64,000 bases of DNA from an uncultured Aminicenantes bacterium (lineage in GTDB: Bacteria; Acidobacteriota; Aminicenantia; UBA2199): positions 64,001 through 128,000 of the forward strand of contig CBDAFS010000039.1 in assembly GCA_965195285.1 (NCBI GenBank). The letters run 5' to 3'. Under the pieces are notes generated by a model, which worked only from the letters and a program-made list of their open reading frames with translations, was not told the DNA's origin and searched no databases. Numbering within the stretch: position 1 is the first letter of the stretch; every line of letters starts with the position of its first letter. The position numbers were made by a program, and so were the translations under genes. Below are positions 36,516 to 47,188 of this stretch, piece by piece.

Positions 36516-37733
36516 TTACACCCTTCCGATAATATCAAACATGGGCAGATACATGGCAACAATGATCGAACCAACCAGGCCTCCCAGAATCAAAATTAAG
36601 ATGGGCTCCATAACCGCAATCAGGGCTGTAACCGCTGTTTCCACTTCTTCATCATAAAAATCCGCAATTTTGCCCAGCATGGTGGAGAGTGAACCGGTTT
36701 GTTCTCCGACTGAAACCATCTGGGTAACCATAAATGGGAATATCTTGGCTTCTTCCCAGGCCTCCCACAATGGCTTTCCCTCCTGAACCGAACCCCGGCT
36801 TTTTAATACCGAGTCCTCGATAATGGCATTTCCCGAGGTCTTTGCCGTGATGGTGATGCCCTCAATGATCTCAACACCAGCATTTAGAAGTGTTGAAAGG
36901 GTTCTGGTCACCCTGGCAACACCCAGTTTTAAGAGCAATGGTCCAAAAATCCAGAGTTTCAGTTTGATTCGATCGATCACCCTTCGCCCGCCAAAGGTGG
37001 CATAGTAAGACCGAAAAGCAAAAACTAGAATTCCAATGCCGATTAATACAAAGAAAAAATTACCCTGTAGAAATTCTGAAATACTCATGATTACCTGGGT
37101 GGGAATTGGCAATCCTGCTCCCAATTGATCGAACATTCCCTTAAAGATCGGAACCACCTTCCAGAGTATGACCGAAGTGATGACCACTGCCATAATTAAA
37201 ACAGCAATAGGGTAAGCCATGGCGGATTTAACTTTGGCGGTTAACCTGGTCATGTTTTCAATATATTGGGATAACCTTAGCAGGATGGTATCCAAACTAC
37301 CCGAAGCTTCTCCAGCCTGAATCATACTACAATATAGTTCATTAAAAATTTTCGGGTGCTTTCTGAGAGCGTTGGAAAAATTTGACCCTGATTCCACATC
37401 TTTTCTCACCTCGGATACCACTTCCTGAAAATACTTATTCTTCTGCTGAGTGGCCAAAATCCCAAGCCCCTGGGTGATGGGTAATCCGGCATTGAACATA
37501 ACTGAAAGTTGTCGGTTAAAGACCGAGAGCTCACGGAGGGTAACCTTTTTTCTCTGAAATCCTCCGGCTGAGGTAAATGGCAGCTGCATTTGAATTTTCT
37601 TCTTTTCAACACTCAGTACCTGGATGGATTCCTTTTCCAGAGTTGAGATGACCTCCTGTGGGGTCCTTGCTACCCGTTCTCCTTCGATAAGAGTTCCAGT
37701 TTTATTTTTCCCCTTGTATTTATAAATTGCCAT
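36516..37733 (-). CDS. pilC: Type IV pilus platform protein
   Basis: RQLSVMFNAGLP, AGEASGSL, VGEQTGSL, AMYLPMF. Confidence 0.92.
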   Translation of the reverse strand: MAIYKYKGKNKTGTLIEGERVARTPQEVISTLEKESIQVLSVEKKKIQMQLPFTSAGGFQRKKVTLRELSVFNRQLSVMFNAGLPITQGLGILATQQKNKYFQEVVSEVRKDVESGSNFSNALRKHPKIFNELYCSMIQAGEASGSLDTILLRLSQYIENMTRLTAKVKSAMAYPIAVLIMAVVITSVILWKVVPIFKGMFDQLGAGLPIPTQVIMSISEFLQGNFFFVLIGIGILVFAFRSYYATFGGRRVIDRIKLKLWIFGPLLLKLGVARVTRTLSTLLNAGVEIIEGITITAKTSGNAIIEDSVLKSRGSVQEGKPLWEAWEEAKIFPFMVTQMVSVGEQTGSLSTMLGKIADFYDEEVETAVTALIAVMEPILILILGGLVGSIIVAMYLPMFDIIGRV

Positions 37734-37742
37734 AATTCCCCC

Positions 37743-38873
37743 TTAAAAATTATTGGATTCGAAACTTGCCCCATAGCCATGCTTGAATTGGCTGGACAGT
37801 GAAGACGGGCCTCTCTTGATTAATTCAGCCAATTCTTCAGGATTATGGGATATCGATAAAGCCAGTTCATTGCTGATCTCTCTTTTAAAATATAGATTGG
37901 CCAGGGATTGATTGAAAGTAATCATTCCATATTTATCCTGTCCGGTTTGCATGGAAGAATATATCTGGTGGATTTTATTATCCCTGATTAAATGACGAAT
38001 GGCTGAATTGGGAATCAGAACTTCACAGGCAACACACCGTCCCCGGCCATCTGCCCGGGGCAACAGACTCTGGGTAACAATGCCTTCCAGGTTCATGGCG
38101 AGCTGGGTTCTAACCTGATCCTGCTGATGGGGAGGAAACACATCAATGATTCGGTTGATGGTTTGTGAGGCTGAATTGGTATGCAGGGTGGCAAAGGTTA
38201 AATGCCCGGTTTCCGCAATGGTAATTGCCGCTTGAATGGTTTCCAGATCCCTCATTTCCCCGATTAAAACTACATCGGGATCCTCCCGGAGAACAGACCT
38301 CAAGGCAGGGCCGAAGCCCTTGGTATCAACACCTAATTCCCTCTGGTTGACAATTGCCTTTCGATGGGTATGCAAATATTCAATGGGATCTTCGATGGTA
38401 ATGATATGTACCAATTTTTCCTTATTGATTTTATCGGTTAAAGACGCCAGGGTAGTGGTTTTTCCTGAACCGGTCGGACCGGTTACCAGTACCAAACCCC
38501 TGGGCCTATCGGCCAGGGTAGCCACAACCGGCGGAAGTCCGAGTTTTTCAAGTCCCCAAATTTCATAAGGTATCCTTCTGAAGGCACCGGCAACCGCTCC
38601 CCTCTGCATAAAGACATTGGCTCGGAAACGGGCAACCCCTTTAATCCCAAAGGAAAAATCCAATTCCCAATCCTCTTCGAATTTATGTTTCTGGGTATCA
38701 TTTAATATGCTATAAATCACCTGTTTGGTTTCAGCCGGACTAAGCGGGGGATGTTCAATTCTCTTGATCTTTCCATGTACTCGAATAATCGGAGCCGTAT
38801 TGGTGGTAATATGGAGATCTGTACCCCCTTCATCAACCATTATTTTTAACAACTGGGGAAGCGGTAGAGCCAT
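37743..38873 (-). CDS. pilT: Type IV pilus retraction ATPase
   Basis: GPTGSGKTTT, EDPIE, LREDPD, AETGHL, AIRHLIR. Confidence 0.95.
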   Translation of the reverse strand: MALPLPQLLKIMVDEGGTDLHITTNTAPIIRVHGKIKRIEHPPLSPAETKQVIYSILNDTQKHKFEEDWELDFSFGIKGVARFRANVFMQRGAVAGAFRRIPYEIWGLEKLGLPPVVATLADRPRGLVLVTGPTGSGKTTTLASLTDKINKEKLVHIITIEDPIEYLHTHRKAIVNQRELGVDTKGFGPALRSVLREDPDVVLIGEMRDLETIQAAITIAETGHLTFATLHTNSASQTINRIIDVFPPHQQDQVRTQLAMNLEGIVTQSLLPRADGRGRCVACEVLIPNSAIRHLIRDNKIHQIYSSMQTGQDKYGMITFNQSLANLYFKREISNELALSISHNPEELAELIKRGPSSLSSQFKHGYGASFESNNF

Positions 38874-38884
38874 TTATCATCTCC

Positions 38885-40594
38885 TTAAATTTTTGATGTT
38901 TCCCTTAAAACTTCATCAATAGAGGTTGCACCCGCTTTAATTTTAGTAATCCCACTCTCTCTCAAAGTCAACATCCCTTTTTCTTTGGCCTTCATTCTCA
39001 GCTCTGATGTGGATGCCCCGACCATTAACAATTCTTTGATTTCCTCATCAATTTCCATTACTTCATACAATCCCACTCTACCTTTATAACCGGTATTATT
39101 GCATTTCTCACAACCACTGGGCTCAAAAATATCGACAGATTTTGCTTCTTCCGGGGAAAATCCGATATCAATAAGGGTTTGCGGTGGTACCTTCGCTTTC
39201 TTTTTGCATGAACCGCATATCCGTCTGACCAGGCGTTGAGCCACAATGAGACGCACTGAACTGGATACCAGAAAAGGCTCGATTCCCATATTAATTAAAC
39301 GGGCAATGGTTGATGGTGCATCATTGGTATGCAAGGTTGATAATACCAAATGGCCCGTCAGAGCAGCTTTGATGGCAATATCAGCAGTCTCAAAATCCCT
39401 AATCTCTCCAACCAGAATGATATTCGGATCCTGTCGCATAAACGATCTCAAACAGGCCGGAAAGGTCAACCCTATCTGTTCTTTTATATTCACCTGATTG
39501 ATGCCGAAGATATTGAATTCCACGGGATTTTCAGCAGTCAGAATATTGACTTCTTCATCATTCAGTTTGGATATTGCCGAATAAAGAGTGTTGGTCTTAC
39601 CGGAACCAGTGGGACCGGTAACCAGAATAATGCCCCAGGGTTCGTTGATGTTTCTTTCAAACTTTTGCAAAGATTGAGGCTCAAAACCAAGCTTGGTCAT
39701 ATCGAGCATCAAATTGTCTTTATCCAGAATTCGGACAACGATCTTTTCACCGTGAATGGTTGGTAAAGACGACACCCTCATATCCACCAGCTTGATTTTG
39801 TCATTGACTTCCATTTTGGTTTTGATTCTGCCATCCTGTGGCAGTCTTCTTTCGGCTATGTCAATTCCGGCAATCAATTTAACCCGGGAAAGGATTTTAT
39901 TCTTCAGATTCATGGGCGGGGTCATATATTCGTGCAAAACACCGTCAATTCTTAATCTAACCCTGAATACTTTTTCATATGGTTCGAAATGAATATCGGA
40001 TGCTCCCTTGGAAATACCATCTTTAAAGGTCAGATTAACCAATTTAACAGCGGGTGCATTCTCATCCAGCTCTGCTTCTCCGAGTATATCTTCTTCTTCA
40101 TCTTCTATCAATTCAATTGAGGAATCATCATCCAGTTCTATCTCCTCCAGAAATTTCTGGGCTTCGATTCCCGTGGAAGAACCGTAATACTTGTCAATGG
40201 ACCGAAGTATTGAACTTTCGGGAGCGATAACAGCCTGAATTCTTAAATTGGTGGTGAACCGAATTTCTTCCTGTACGAACAAATTGGACGGATCAGCCAT
40301 GGCCAGGGTTAAAATGCTACCGATCCGGTGTACGGGAAGAACGATATGTTTTCGGGCAATCTCCGGCTTTATCAACTGGGTTATTCTTTCATCGATATCA
40401 AACTTGGAAATATTAATAGATGGATAACCAAATTGCTTACTGAGAACTTGGGAGATATCTTCCTCGGTAACATAACCCAGTCGAATCAGAATACTGCCCA
40501 GTTTACCCGGTTCTTTTTTCTGGACGTCAAGGGCATGTTGAAGATTTTCTTCGGTTATGCTTTCATCTTTTTTAAGCAACTCTCCAATCTTCAT
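38885..40594 (-). CDS. pilB: Type IV pilus extension ATPase
   Basis: MshEN-like N-terminus, ERRLPQDG, GPTGSGKT, RQDPN, Zn-binding CxxC pairs, GYKGR. Confidence 0.93.
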   Translation of the reverse strand: MKIGELLKKDESITEENLQHALDVQKKEPGKLGSILIRLGYVTEEDISQVLSKQFGYPSINISKFDIDERITQLIKPEIARKHIVLPVHRIGSILTLAMADPSNLFVQEEIRFTTNLRIQAVIAPESSILRSIDKYYGSSTGIEAQKFLEEIELDDDSSIELIEDEEEDILGEAELDENAPAVKLVNLTFKDGISKGASDIHFEPYEKVFRVRLRIDGVLHEYMTPPMNLKNKILSRVKLIAGIDIAERRLPQDGRIKTKMEVNDKIKLVDMRVSSLPTIHGEKIVVRILDKDNLMLDMTKLGFEPQSLQKFERNINEPWGIILVTGPTGSGKTNTLYSAISKLNDEEVNILTAENPVEFNIFGINQVNIKEQIGLTFPACLRSFMRQDPNIILVGEIRDFETADIAIKAALTGHLVLSTLHTNDAPSTIARLINMGIEPFLVSSSVRLIVAQRLVRRICGSCKKKAKVPPQTLIDIGFSPEEAKSVDIFEPSGCEKCNNTGYKGRVGLYEVMEIDEEIKELLMVGASTSELRMKAKEKGMLTLRESGITKIKAGATSIDEVLRETSKI

Positions 40595-40684
40595 TTCTTT
40601 CGTCTCAACCTTATAATATCATAATCATATAAAAAATGACAAAATATGTCAAATTGTCGGCTGTTTTATATTTCAAATGTTTCA

Positions 40685-41851
40685 TTAAAACATAAAAAAA
40701 CCGGAAATCGCCATACTATTTATTGCCCCCCCGCTATCAATGCCAATTGCAAAATCAACCAGAATCTTACTCATATTGAACCCGAAACCAACTCCATACA
40801 AACTGTTGGATTTGCTTCCTAAAAAATACTTCTCGGTTAAATCACTTAAAAATCCCGCTCTCAGCAGCAACTTGTTTTGAAAAAATCCCTTTTCAACACC
40901 GATAGATATCAATTGAACATCCTCCCCGTTATAGTAAAGATCGGTTTTATTGATGTCCATATCCAGATATATCCCCCATTGAACGGTGGGCCTGAAGGCA
41001 ATACCGGCGATAATCCTTCTCTCCATAACAATATCTCTTTCTGTGGTTACCAAGGTGGGATTTCCAACATTTTTGGCAATAATACCCAGTTTAAAATATT
41101 GCCCGATATCGGCTGTGAGTGAAATATCCATATTCAGTTTATAGAAAGTGTCTTCGGCATCATCCCAGGCATATTCCAGATAATCCCGTATGGAAGAATC
41201 GGTATTAAATATGGGTTCAACAATGGAAGAACCAAATTCCGTAATTTTTCCATATAAATAATGCAGACTGATTCCAAAACTGACTCCGGTTGAAATATTC
41301 AACCCATATGATAATGAGAACTGGGTATAACTCAATCCAATAAGATTAAATTTCAAGCTGGCAATATCTTCATTGGTGACTTCTCCGACCTCTTTTTTAA
41401 ATATAGTATTCTGGATTGGATTGATAATCGCGGTATTGACAAATGAAACCGAGAAACCATAATCTTTGGAAACCATGCCCGGAATACTGGCACGGAATCC
41501 ATTGAATCCGTGCTTGGAGGTAAACAGATCATTAAGTCTCGAAAATAGAATTTCCTTATCACTCAAGCTCAATGAGTTGAAGTTGCTCAAATCAAATTCC
41601 AGGGCTTCATCCAGTTGATCCTTAAAATCCTTATAATCGGAGTAACTGTACTGAAACTGATATCCGCTTAATGAACTGGTGATATAGGTCAATAATGCCG
41701 GATTAATAAAAATGGCATTGATATCATAGTTAAAGGCCATTGAGGAATATCCGAGAGATAAAGATCTCGCCCCGTAGAAAGTGGGAATATAAGCCAGGAC
41801 AAGCGAATTTATTGATATGATGATGATAAATACACCAATGGCTCTTTTCAT
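40685..41851 (-). CDS. Outer-membrane beta-barrel protein (TraF/PorV/FadL-like)
   Basis: Signal peptide, GARSLSLG...INPA, C-terminal Phe. Confidence 0.6.
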   Translation of the reverse strand: MKRAIGVFIIIISINSLVLAYIPTFYGARSLSLGYSSMAFNYDINAIFINPALLTYITSSLSGYQFQYSYSDYKDFKDQLDEALEFDLSNFNSLSLSDKEILFSRLNDLFTSKHGFNGFRASIPGMVSKDYGFSVSFVNTAIINPIQNTIFKKEVGEVTNEDIASLKFNLIGLSYTQFSLSYGLNISTGVSFGISLHYLYGKITEFGSSIVEPIFNTDSSIRDYLEYAWDDAEDTFYKLNMDISLTADIGQYFKLGIIAKNVGNPTLVTTERDIVMERRIIAGIAFRPTVQWGIYLDMDINKTDLYYNGEDVQLISIGVEKGFFQNKLLLRAGFLSDLTEKYFLGSKSNSLYGVGFGFNMSKILVDFAIGIDSGGAINSMAISGFFMF

Positions 41852-41912
41852 TTATATTTAATATACAATACAATGTTTGATAATGTCAACAAAAGACTGA
41901 TAGCTGTCCAAT

Positions 41913-42563
41913 TTACTGATCATGTCCTTTATTTCGAAAATGTTTCATGATAATCTCTTTGACTATTTCATGGGTGTTTTCATTATCATAAAGTCTTTTC
42001 AACTGTGCTGTTTTCAAAATGGGAATCATATCCAGAATTAATTTTATCGGAGCCTCCTGGTCCCGTATGATCGCCTCGGAAATGGCTGGCCTCTTGTACC
42101 AATCAGATAATTGCAGGGCTCGATAGAACTCTGATTTCTGAGTTTTCCTGTTTATAAATTTTAATATCAATTCCTCGGTGCATTCCTGGTTTTTGAGAAT
42201 GCCCTTCAGAATTCTGGAATCATTCTCTTCGATAAAATGATTCAAAACCTGAGTCGGTGCTATTTTCAAAATCGATATTTTTTCACCCAGTTCGAGTCGT
42301 TGGTAGCGGGTGAGAAATTCAGTCTCGGCCTTTTTCCGTATAAAAGGATTGGTCCTTCTGTTCTTGATCACTCGGATCATATCCATGGTAAATAACTGGT
42401 GAATAATATTCAGAGCTATCTTTACCGGAAACTTGGGATGTTGGACCAAATGAAATCGAATACGGTAATTATTCGGTTGATTATCAAATATATCGATTAA
42501 ATCTTTTTCTTTTACACTGCCAAAACGGATTTGTCTGATAATCTCAATTTCGCTTTTTTTCAA
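41913..42563 (-). CDS. Hypothetical helical-repeat protein
   Basis: 216-aa ORF directly behind the ubiA-like gene; no recognisable catalytic motif. Confidence 0.65.
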   Translation of the reverse strand: MKKSEIEIIRQIRFGSVKEKDLIDIFDNQPNNYRIRFHLVQHPKFPVKIALNIIHQLFTMDMIRVIKNRRTNPFIRKKAETEFLTRYQRLELGEKISILKIAPTQVLNHFIEENDSRILKGILKNQECTEELILKFINRKTQKSEFYRALQLSDWYKRPAISEAIIRDQEAPIKLILDMIPILKTAQLKRLYDNENTHEIVKEIIMKHFRNKGHDQ

Positions 42564-42564
42564 T

Positions 42565-43449
42565 TTAATAAATTATAAGCAATATAAAAACAATTACCCA
42601 TAGAATGATATTCAGAGTAAATGGAAAATCCGAAAAAATGACCTCTTCGGGACTTTCTCCTTTTTCCTCGATGTATATTAAATATAAATAGCGAAATATT
42701 CCGAAAACCACGAAGGGGATAGTGAAATATAAATTATCCGTATTGAACTTCATCTGGATACCCGGATTTAATACATACATAATATATGAAATCAAGGTGG
42801 TGGCAGTGGTCAGAGAAATTAATTGATCCAGAAGAGAAATATTGTACAGTTTCAAGGTATAGCGGGTACTGATCTGGCCATCAGGCGGAGCTAACCGGAC
42901 CAATTCCTGACGCCTTTTAACCAGCCCGAGAAATGTTGAGAGTAAAAAGGTCATGATCAAAATCCATGGAGATAAGTTGATTTGATCGATAACCCCCCCG
43001 ATTAACACCCTTAGCACAAATCCGAAAGCAATAATCAACACATCAAGGATAACCACTTTTTTTAGATAAAAGGAGTAAAGAATATTAATACTGATATAAA
43101 TAAGTGAAATCAAGAAAAAATCAGTATTAAACTGATAGATTAGAAATAAATCCACCACCAGCAAAAACACAACTCCCAGCAAAGCGGTTTTCACTTTCAA
43201 TTGTCCGGAAGCTATGGGTCTCAGTCGTTTTATTGGATGAAATCGATCATTATTTTTATCAATACAATCATTGATGATATAAACACATCCGGTAACAATT
43301 CCAAATAAAACAAAGGCAATTATTCCATTCTTTATATACCTCAGCTGAAGAAAATGGAGAGCAAATACCATGGGGGCAAAAATAAACATATTTTTTACCC
43401 ATTGCTGCTTGAATCTCAATGATTTGATAAACAATAAGATGATTCTCAT
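42565..43449 (-). CDS. UbiA-family prenyltransferase (decaprenyl-phosphate phosphoribosyltransferase-like)
   Basis: QWVKN, YIINDCID...DRFHPIKRLRPIASG, KRRQE. Confidence 0.88.
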   Translation of the reverse strand: MRIILLFIKSLRFKQQWVKNMFIFAPMVFALHFLQLRYIKNGIIAFVLFGIVTGCVYIINDCIDKNNDRFHPIKRLRPIASGQLKVKTALLGVVFLLVVDLFLIYQFNTDFFLISLIYISINILYSFYLKKVVILDVLIIAFGFVLRVLIGGVIDQINLSPWILIMTFLLSTFLGLVKRRQELVRLAPPDGQISTRYTLKLYNISLLDQLISLTTATTLISYIMYVLNPGIQMKFNTDNLYFTIPFVVFGIFRYLYLIYIEEKGESPEEVIFSDFPFTLNIILWVIVFILLIIY

Positions 43450-43514
43450 TCTACATTATAATCATTTTACCTGTTTATTTAAAACCGACTGCTCAAATAT
43501 TTGATTGTACATTT

Positions 43515-44531
43515 TCAGAATAATGAATTTTGCCCCCGGGATTTACCGGTTTTAAAGTGCTTCAGTGCTTTTTCTGTCGCCACCCGACCCCTGGGCGTGA
43601 TTTTTAAATAACCCTGCTGTACCAGAAAGGGTTCATAAACATCTTCCAGGGTTTCCTTTTCCTCCTGAATTGAGGTTGAGAGCGTTGACAATCCCACCGG
43701 CCCCCCGGAAAAATTCTCAATGATAGTCATCAAGATTTTTCGGTCAATTTCATCAAAACCATTTACATCAACTTCTAAGGCCTCAAATGAACTCAGTGTG
43801 ATTTTCAGATCAATAAATCCCTCTCCTTTTACCTGGGCAAAATCCCTCACCCGCCTCAACAGCTTATTGGCAATCCGGGGAGTGCCTCTCGAGCGCCTGG
43901 CAATTTGATCTGCGGCTTCATTCGAAACATGAATATTTAAAATTTGAGAACTTCTCATCAAAACCCTGATTAATTCATCGGTGGAGTAGAAGTCGAGATG
44001 GATCAAAATACCAAAACGATCCCGAAACGGAGAAGAAAGGAGCCCGGTACGGGTGGTAGCACCGATCAGGGTAAAAGGATTCAAAGATATGGAAATATTC
44101 TTGGCCCCAATTCCTTCACCGATTATCACATCAACCTGAAAATCCTCCATTGCTTTATATAGAATCTCTTCCAATGATGTTTTTAGCCGGTGTATTTCAT
44201 CAATAAACAACACATCATAGGTTTCCAGTTCGGTAAGTAAAGCCGTAATATCCCCCTTTTTCTCCAGCACAGGCCCTGCAGTCTGCTTGATTTGAACTCC
44301 CATCTCAGCAGCAATGATGTTGGCCAAAGTGGTTTTTCCCAATCCGGGAGGGCCATGAAATAGGACATGGTCCAAAGGTTCTTTTCGTTTAGTTGCCCCT
44401 TCTATATAGGTCTTCAGGTTTTCAATTTTTTTCTTCTGCCCGATAAATTCCTCGATATGAGTGGGTCTGAGTTTATTATCAAATTTGATATCCTCATTTT
44501 TTTTAGAAGGCAGAATATTGGATTCGGTCAT
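43515..44531 (-). CDS. ruvB: Holliday junction branch migration helicase RuvB
   Basis: LRP, GPPGLGKTT, FIDEIHR, GATTR, RGTPRIA, TPRGR. Confidence 0.96.
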   Translation of the reverse strand: MTESNILPSKKNEDIKFDNKLRPTHIEEFIGQKKKIENLKTYIEGATKRKEPLDHVLFHGPPGLGKTTLANIIAAEMGVQIKQTAGPVLEKKGDITALLTELETYDVLFIDEIHRLKTSLEEILYKAMEDFQVDVIIGEGIGAKNISISLNPFTLIGATTRTGLLSSPFRDRFGILIHLDFYSTDELIRVLMRSSQILNIHVSNEAADQIARRSRGTPRIANKLLRRVRDFAQVKGEGFIDLKITLSSFEALEVDVNGFDEIDRKILMTIIENFSGGPVGLSTLSTSIQEEKETLEDVYEPFLVQQGYLKITPRGRVATEKALKHFKTGKSRGQNSLF

Positions 44532-45115
44532 TATTTACTGATTTTCTTTAACACTTTTTTAAATAAAATTTCAAATGAAGTTTCTTTCGAATTTTCCTTA
44601 ATGATTGTATCAATATATCCGGAAATACTGCGGGAAGTAAACCCGAGGTTAACCAGCCCGGAAATCAGATCACCCTTCATTTTCAGTCTTGCATCATCCA
44701 ATTCATCCTCATCATAATCGAGCTTACCGGTTAGCTCCAGTATAATCCGCTGAGCTGTTTTTTTACCGATACCGGGTATAGAAACCAGCTTGTTCAAGTC
44801 CCCCCGGTTGATTGCATCGGTGAGCTCGGTATTTGAAAAGGCGGAGATAAACGACAATCCGGTTTTCCCTCCCACTCCGGTGATGGATATTAATTTTTCA
44901 AAAAATTCTTTTTCTTTAATCGATAAAAACCCATAGAGGATGCTTTCCTCCTCTTTTTGCCGAAAAACAGTGTGGAGCAGAACATTTTTCTCATTCTTTA
45001 TTTGTGAATAACTGGAAACCGGATAGAAGATCCGGACGATAAACCCATTTCCGGTTTCAACATAAACCACTCCAGGTTGAATTCTGAAAACCGTACCCTT
45101 TACCGCTGCAATCAT
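44531..45115 (-). CDS. ruvA: Holliday junction binding protein RuvA
   Basis: LYGF, GVGGK, IPGIGKKTAQRIILEL, LVNLGF. Confidence 0.93.
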   Translation of the reverse strand: MIAAVKGTVFRIQPGVVYVETGNGFIVRIFYPVSSYSQIKNEKNVLLHTVFRQKEEESILYGFLSIKEKEFFEKLISITGVGGKTGLSFISAFSNTELTDAINRGDLNKLVSIPGIGKKTAQRIILELTGKLDYDEDELDDARLKMKGDLISGLVNLGFTSRSISGYIDTIIKENSKETSFEILFKKVLKKISK

Positions 45116-45582
45116 CCTATCCTCAATAAATGGCAATAAGCTACTGCCAGCGCATCACTTTCATCGCTTTCCAATTCTTTATTCCCAAACTGTAAAAGTA
45201 TCTTCATGGCTTTGATCATCTGGGATTTCATGGCATTGCCACTTCCGGTCACAGCCATTTTAACCTGTCTGGGTGAATAAAAAGTCAAATTCAGATCTTT
45301 TTCAATCAGGAAACCCAGCGCCACCCCCCGGACTTGGGCCAACAGGTTCATTGAACTGACATTTTTGCCCAGATACCCTTCTTCGATTGCAGCGTCCTCT
45401 ATATCAAAAGAAGCAAAAATTGCTTCCAGGCGATGCCAGAGTTGTTTCATCCTGTCATTAAAATGCTTACCGGTCATTTTAATTTCTTCCGAATGAATAT
45501 AATGAATCATCCGGTTTTTTCTCTGCAGAATACCAACTCCGAAACTGATTGAACCCGGATCAAACCCAACCACTACCATCAA
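45112..45582 (-). CDS. ruvC: Holliday junction resolvase RuvC
   Basis: [37 protein letters not shown]. Confidence 0.93.
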   Translation of the reverse strand: MMVVVGFDPGSISFGVGILQRKNRMIHYIHSEEIKMTGKHFNDRMKQLWHRLEAIFASFDIEDAAIEEGYLGKNVSSMNLLAQVRGVALGFLIEKDLNLTFYSPRQVKMAVTGSGNAMKSQMIKAMKILLQFGNKELESDESDALAVAYCHLLRIG

Positions 45583-46331
45583 CTATTCTGATAATTTTCA
45601 ATATCTTCTTCGGTGATATCAAAATTGGCCCATACATTTTGGACATCGTCCAAATCTTCCAGTTTTTCAAACAATCGAAGCATGCTTTCTGCCTGTTTGC
45701 CCTCCAATTTAACAACTGAAGATGGAATCATGGCTATTTCAGATGATTCGATATCTAAATTTCTATCTTTGATTGCTTTTAAAACCTGATCAAACTCCTC
45801 AACCGTAGTGATGACCTCATAGATTTCTCCTTCAATCTTTAAATCTTCGGCACCACTTTCCAGAACAATTTCCAACAATTCATCTTCTTCGATTAAGCCC
45901 CTGTCAACAATAATAAGCCCCTTTCGGGCAAACATCCAGCCGACACAGCCGTTTTCACCCAGATTTCCGTTGTATTTACCGAAAACATACCTGACCTCTG
46001 CCACCGATCTGTTTTTATTATCGGTCAATACTTCAACCAGAATCGCCACACCTCCAGGACCATAGCCCTCATAAGTACTGGCTTCATAGGTAACTCCATC
46101 CAATTCACCGATTCCCCGCTGGATGGCTTTCTTGATGTTGTCACTGGGCATGTTCACCGATTTGGCTCCATCAATGGCATGTCGCAGTCGTGGATTGGCT
46201 TCAGGATCCCCGCCTCCCAGTCTGGCGGCAATGGTGATTTCTTTTATGTACCTTGTAAAAATCTTACCGCGTTTTGCATCAGTGGCTTCCTTTTTATGTT
46301 TTATGGAATGCCATTTTGAATGACCCGACAT
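45579..46331 (-). CDS. YebC/PmpR family protein
   Basis: [34 protein letters not shown]. Confidence 0.95.
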   Translation of the reverse strand: MSGHSKWHSIKHKKEATDAKRGKIFTRYIKEITIAARLGGGDPEANPRLRHAIDGAKSVNMPSDNIKKAIQRGIGELDGVTYEASTYEGYGPGGVAILVEVLTDNKNRSVAEVRYVFGKYNGNLGENGCVGWMFARKGLIIVDRGLIEEDELLEIVLESGAEDLKIEGEIYEVITTVEEFDQVLKAIKDRNLDIESSEIAMIPSSVVKLEGKQAESMLRLFEKLEDLDDVQNVWANFDITEEDIENYQNS

Positions 46332-46333
46332 GG

Positions 46334-47188
46334 TTAACTCCTTATTCTGAATTTCATTAATTCTCTGGCCAGATAGGTTTGTTTGAACCCCCCTCTGGCT
46401 TTTTTTAACATTTTTTTAAGTTTTTTATCTGAGTAATCTGGATGATAATGAAATAAATACAATTTTTCAACCTCGCAGGTCAACGCATTGCGAACCGCCA
46501 TGGAGCAGGTACTGTGACCAAAACCGATTCTTGAATCGTTCCGGTTATGATAATGTGAATCAAAATACTGTGAATCATGGATCAATATATGACTGCCTTT
46601 GATAAAATCAACCATTTCATCATTAAACCCGTCCGGAGATTCCACATCGGTTGCAAATACCATATGCCGGTCATCAACCGATAATTTATATATCAACACC
46701 CCGGACAAGGGGTGGGAATCTTCCTTTTTACAGGAAACCGAAATATTCCCGTTAATGGCAATCGTTTTAACTTCAGTCAGGGGCAACTTGACGATGTTTA
46801 TTTTGGCTTTGATGCCATGATCACTGATGGGTGAAATGGGATCATTGAATAAAGAATAAATAAAATCCTCAACCGATATATTCTGATAATCCGGGCAAAA
46901 AATGTTAATCTGGAAATCCGGATCGAATATGGGCTTAAAAAACGGAAGCCCCTGGATATGATCCAGATGAAGATGGGTCAGGAATATATCAATCTTCTTT
47001 CTCTCTATTTCATTCTTCTCAATTTCTTTACCAATATTGATAATTCCGGTGCCTGCATCAAAAATCAACCTCAAATTTTCCCCGGAAATGAGTATTGATG
47101 AGGTATTCCCACCATAGAGGGCCACTTTTGGGCTGGAAACCGGAAAACTGCCCCTAACCCCGTAAAATTGAATAAATACATCCTGCAT
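46334..47188 (-). CDS. MBL-fold metallo-hydrolase (phosphodiesterase/RNase Z-like)
   Basis: [34 protein letters not shown]. Confidence 0.88.
   Translation of the reverse strand: MQDVFIQFYGVRGSFPVSSPKVALYGGNTSSILISGENLRLIFDAGTGIINIGKEIEKNEIERKKIDIFLTHLHLDHIQGLPFFKPIFDPDFQINIFCPDYQNISVEDFIYSLFNDPISPISDHGIKAKINIVKLPLTEVKTIAINGNISVSCKKEDSHPLSGVLIYKLSVDDRHMVFATDVESPDGFNDEMVDFIKGSHILIHDSQYFDSHYHNRNDSRIGFGHSTCSMAVRNALTCEVEKLYLFHYHPDYSDKKLKKMLKKARGGFKQTYLARELMKFRIRS

Noticed and set aside
40685-41851. Conjugation (tra) region, based on TraF-like similarity
   Set aside because: No other T4SS or relaxase genes; most likely a generic outer-membrane barrel.
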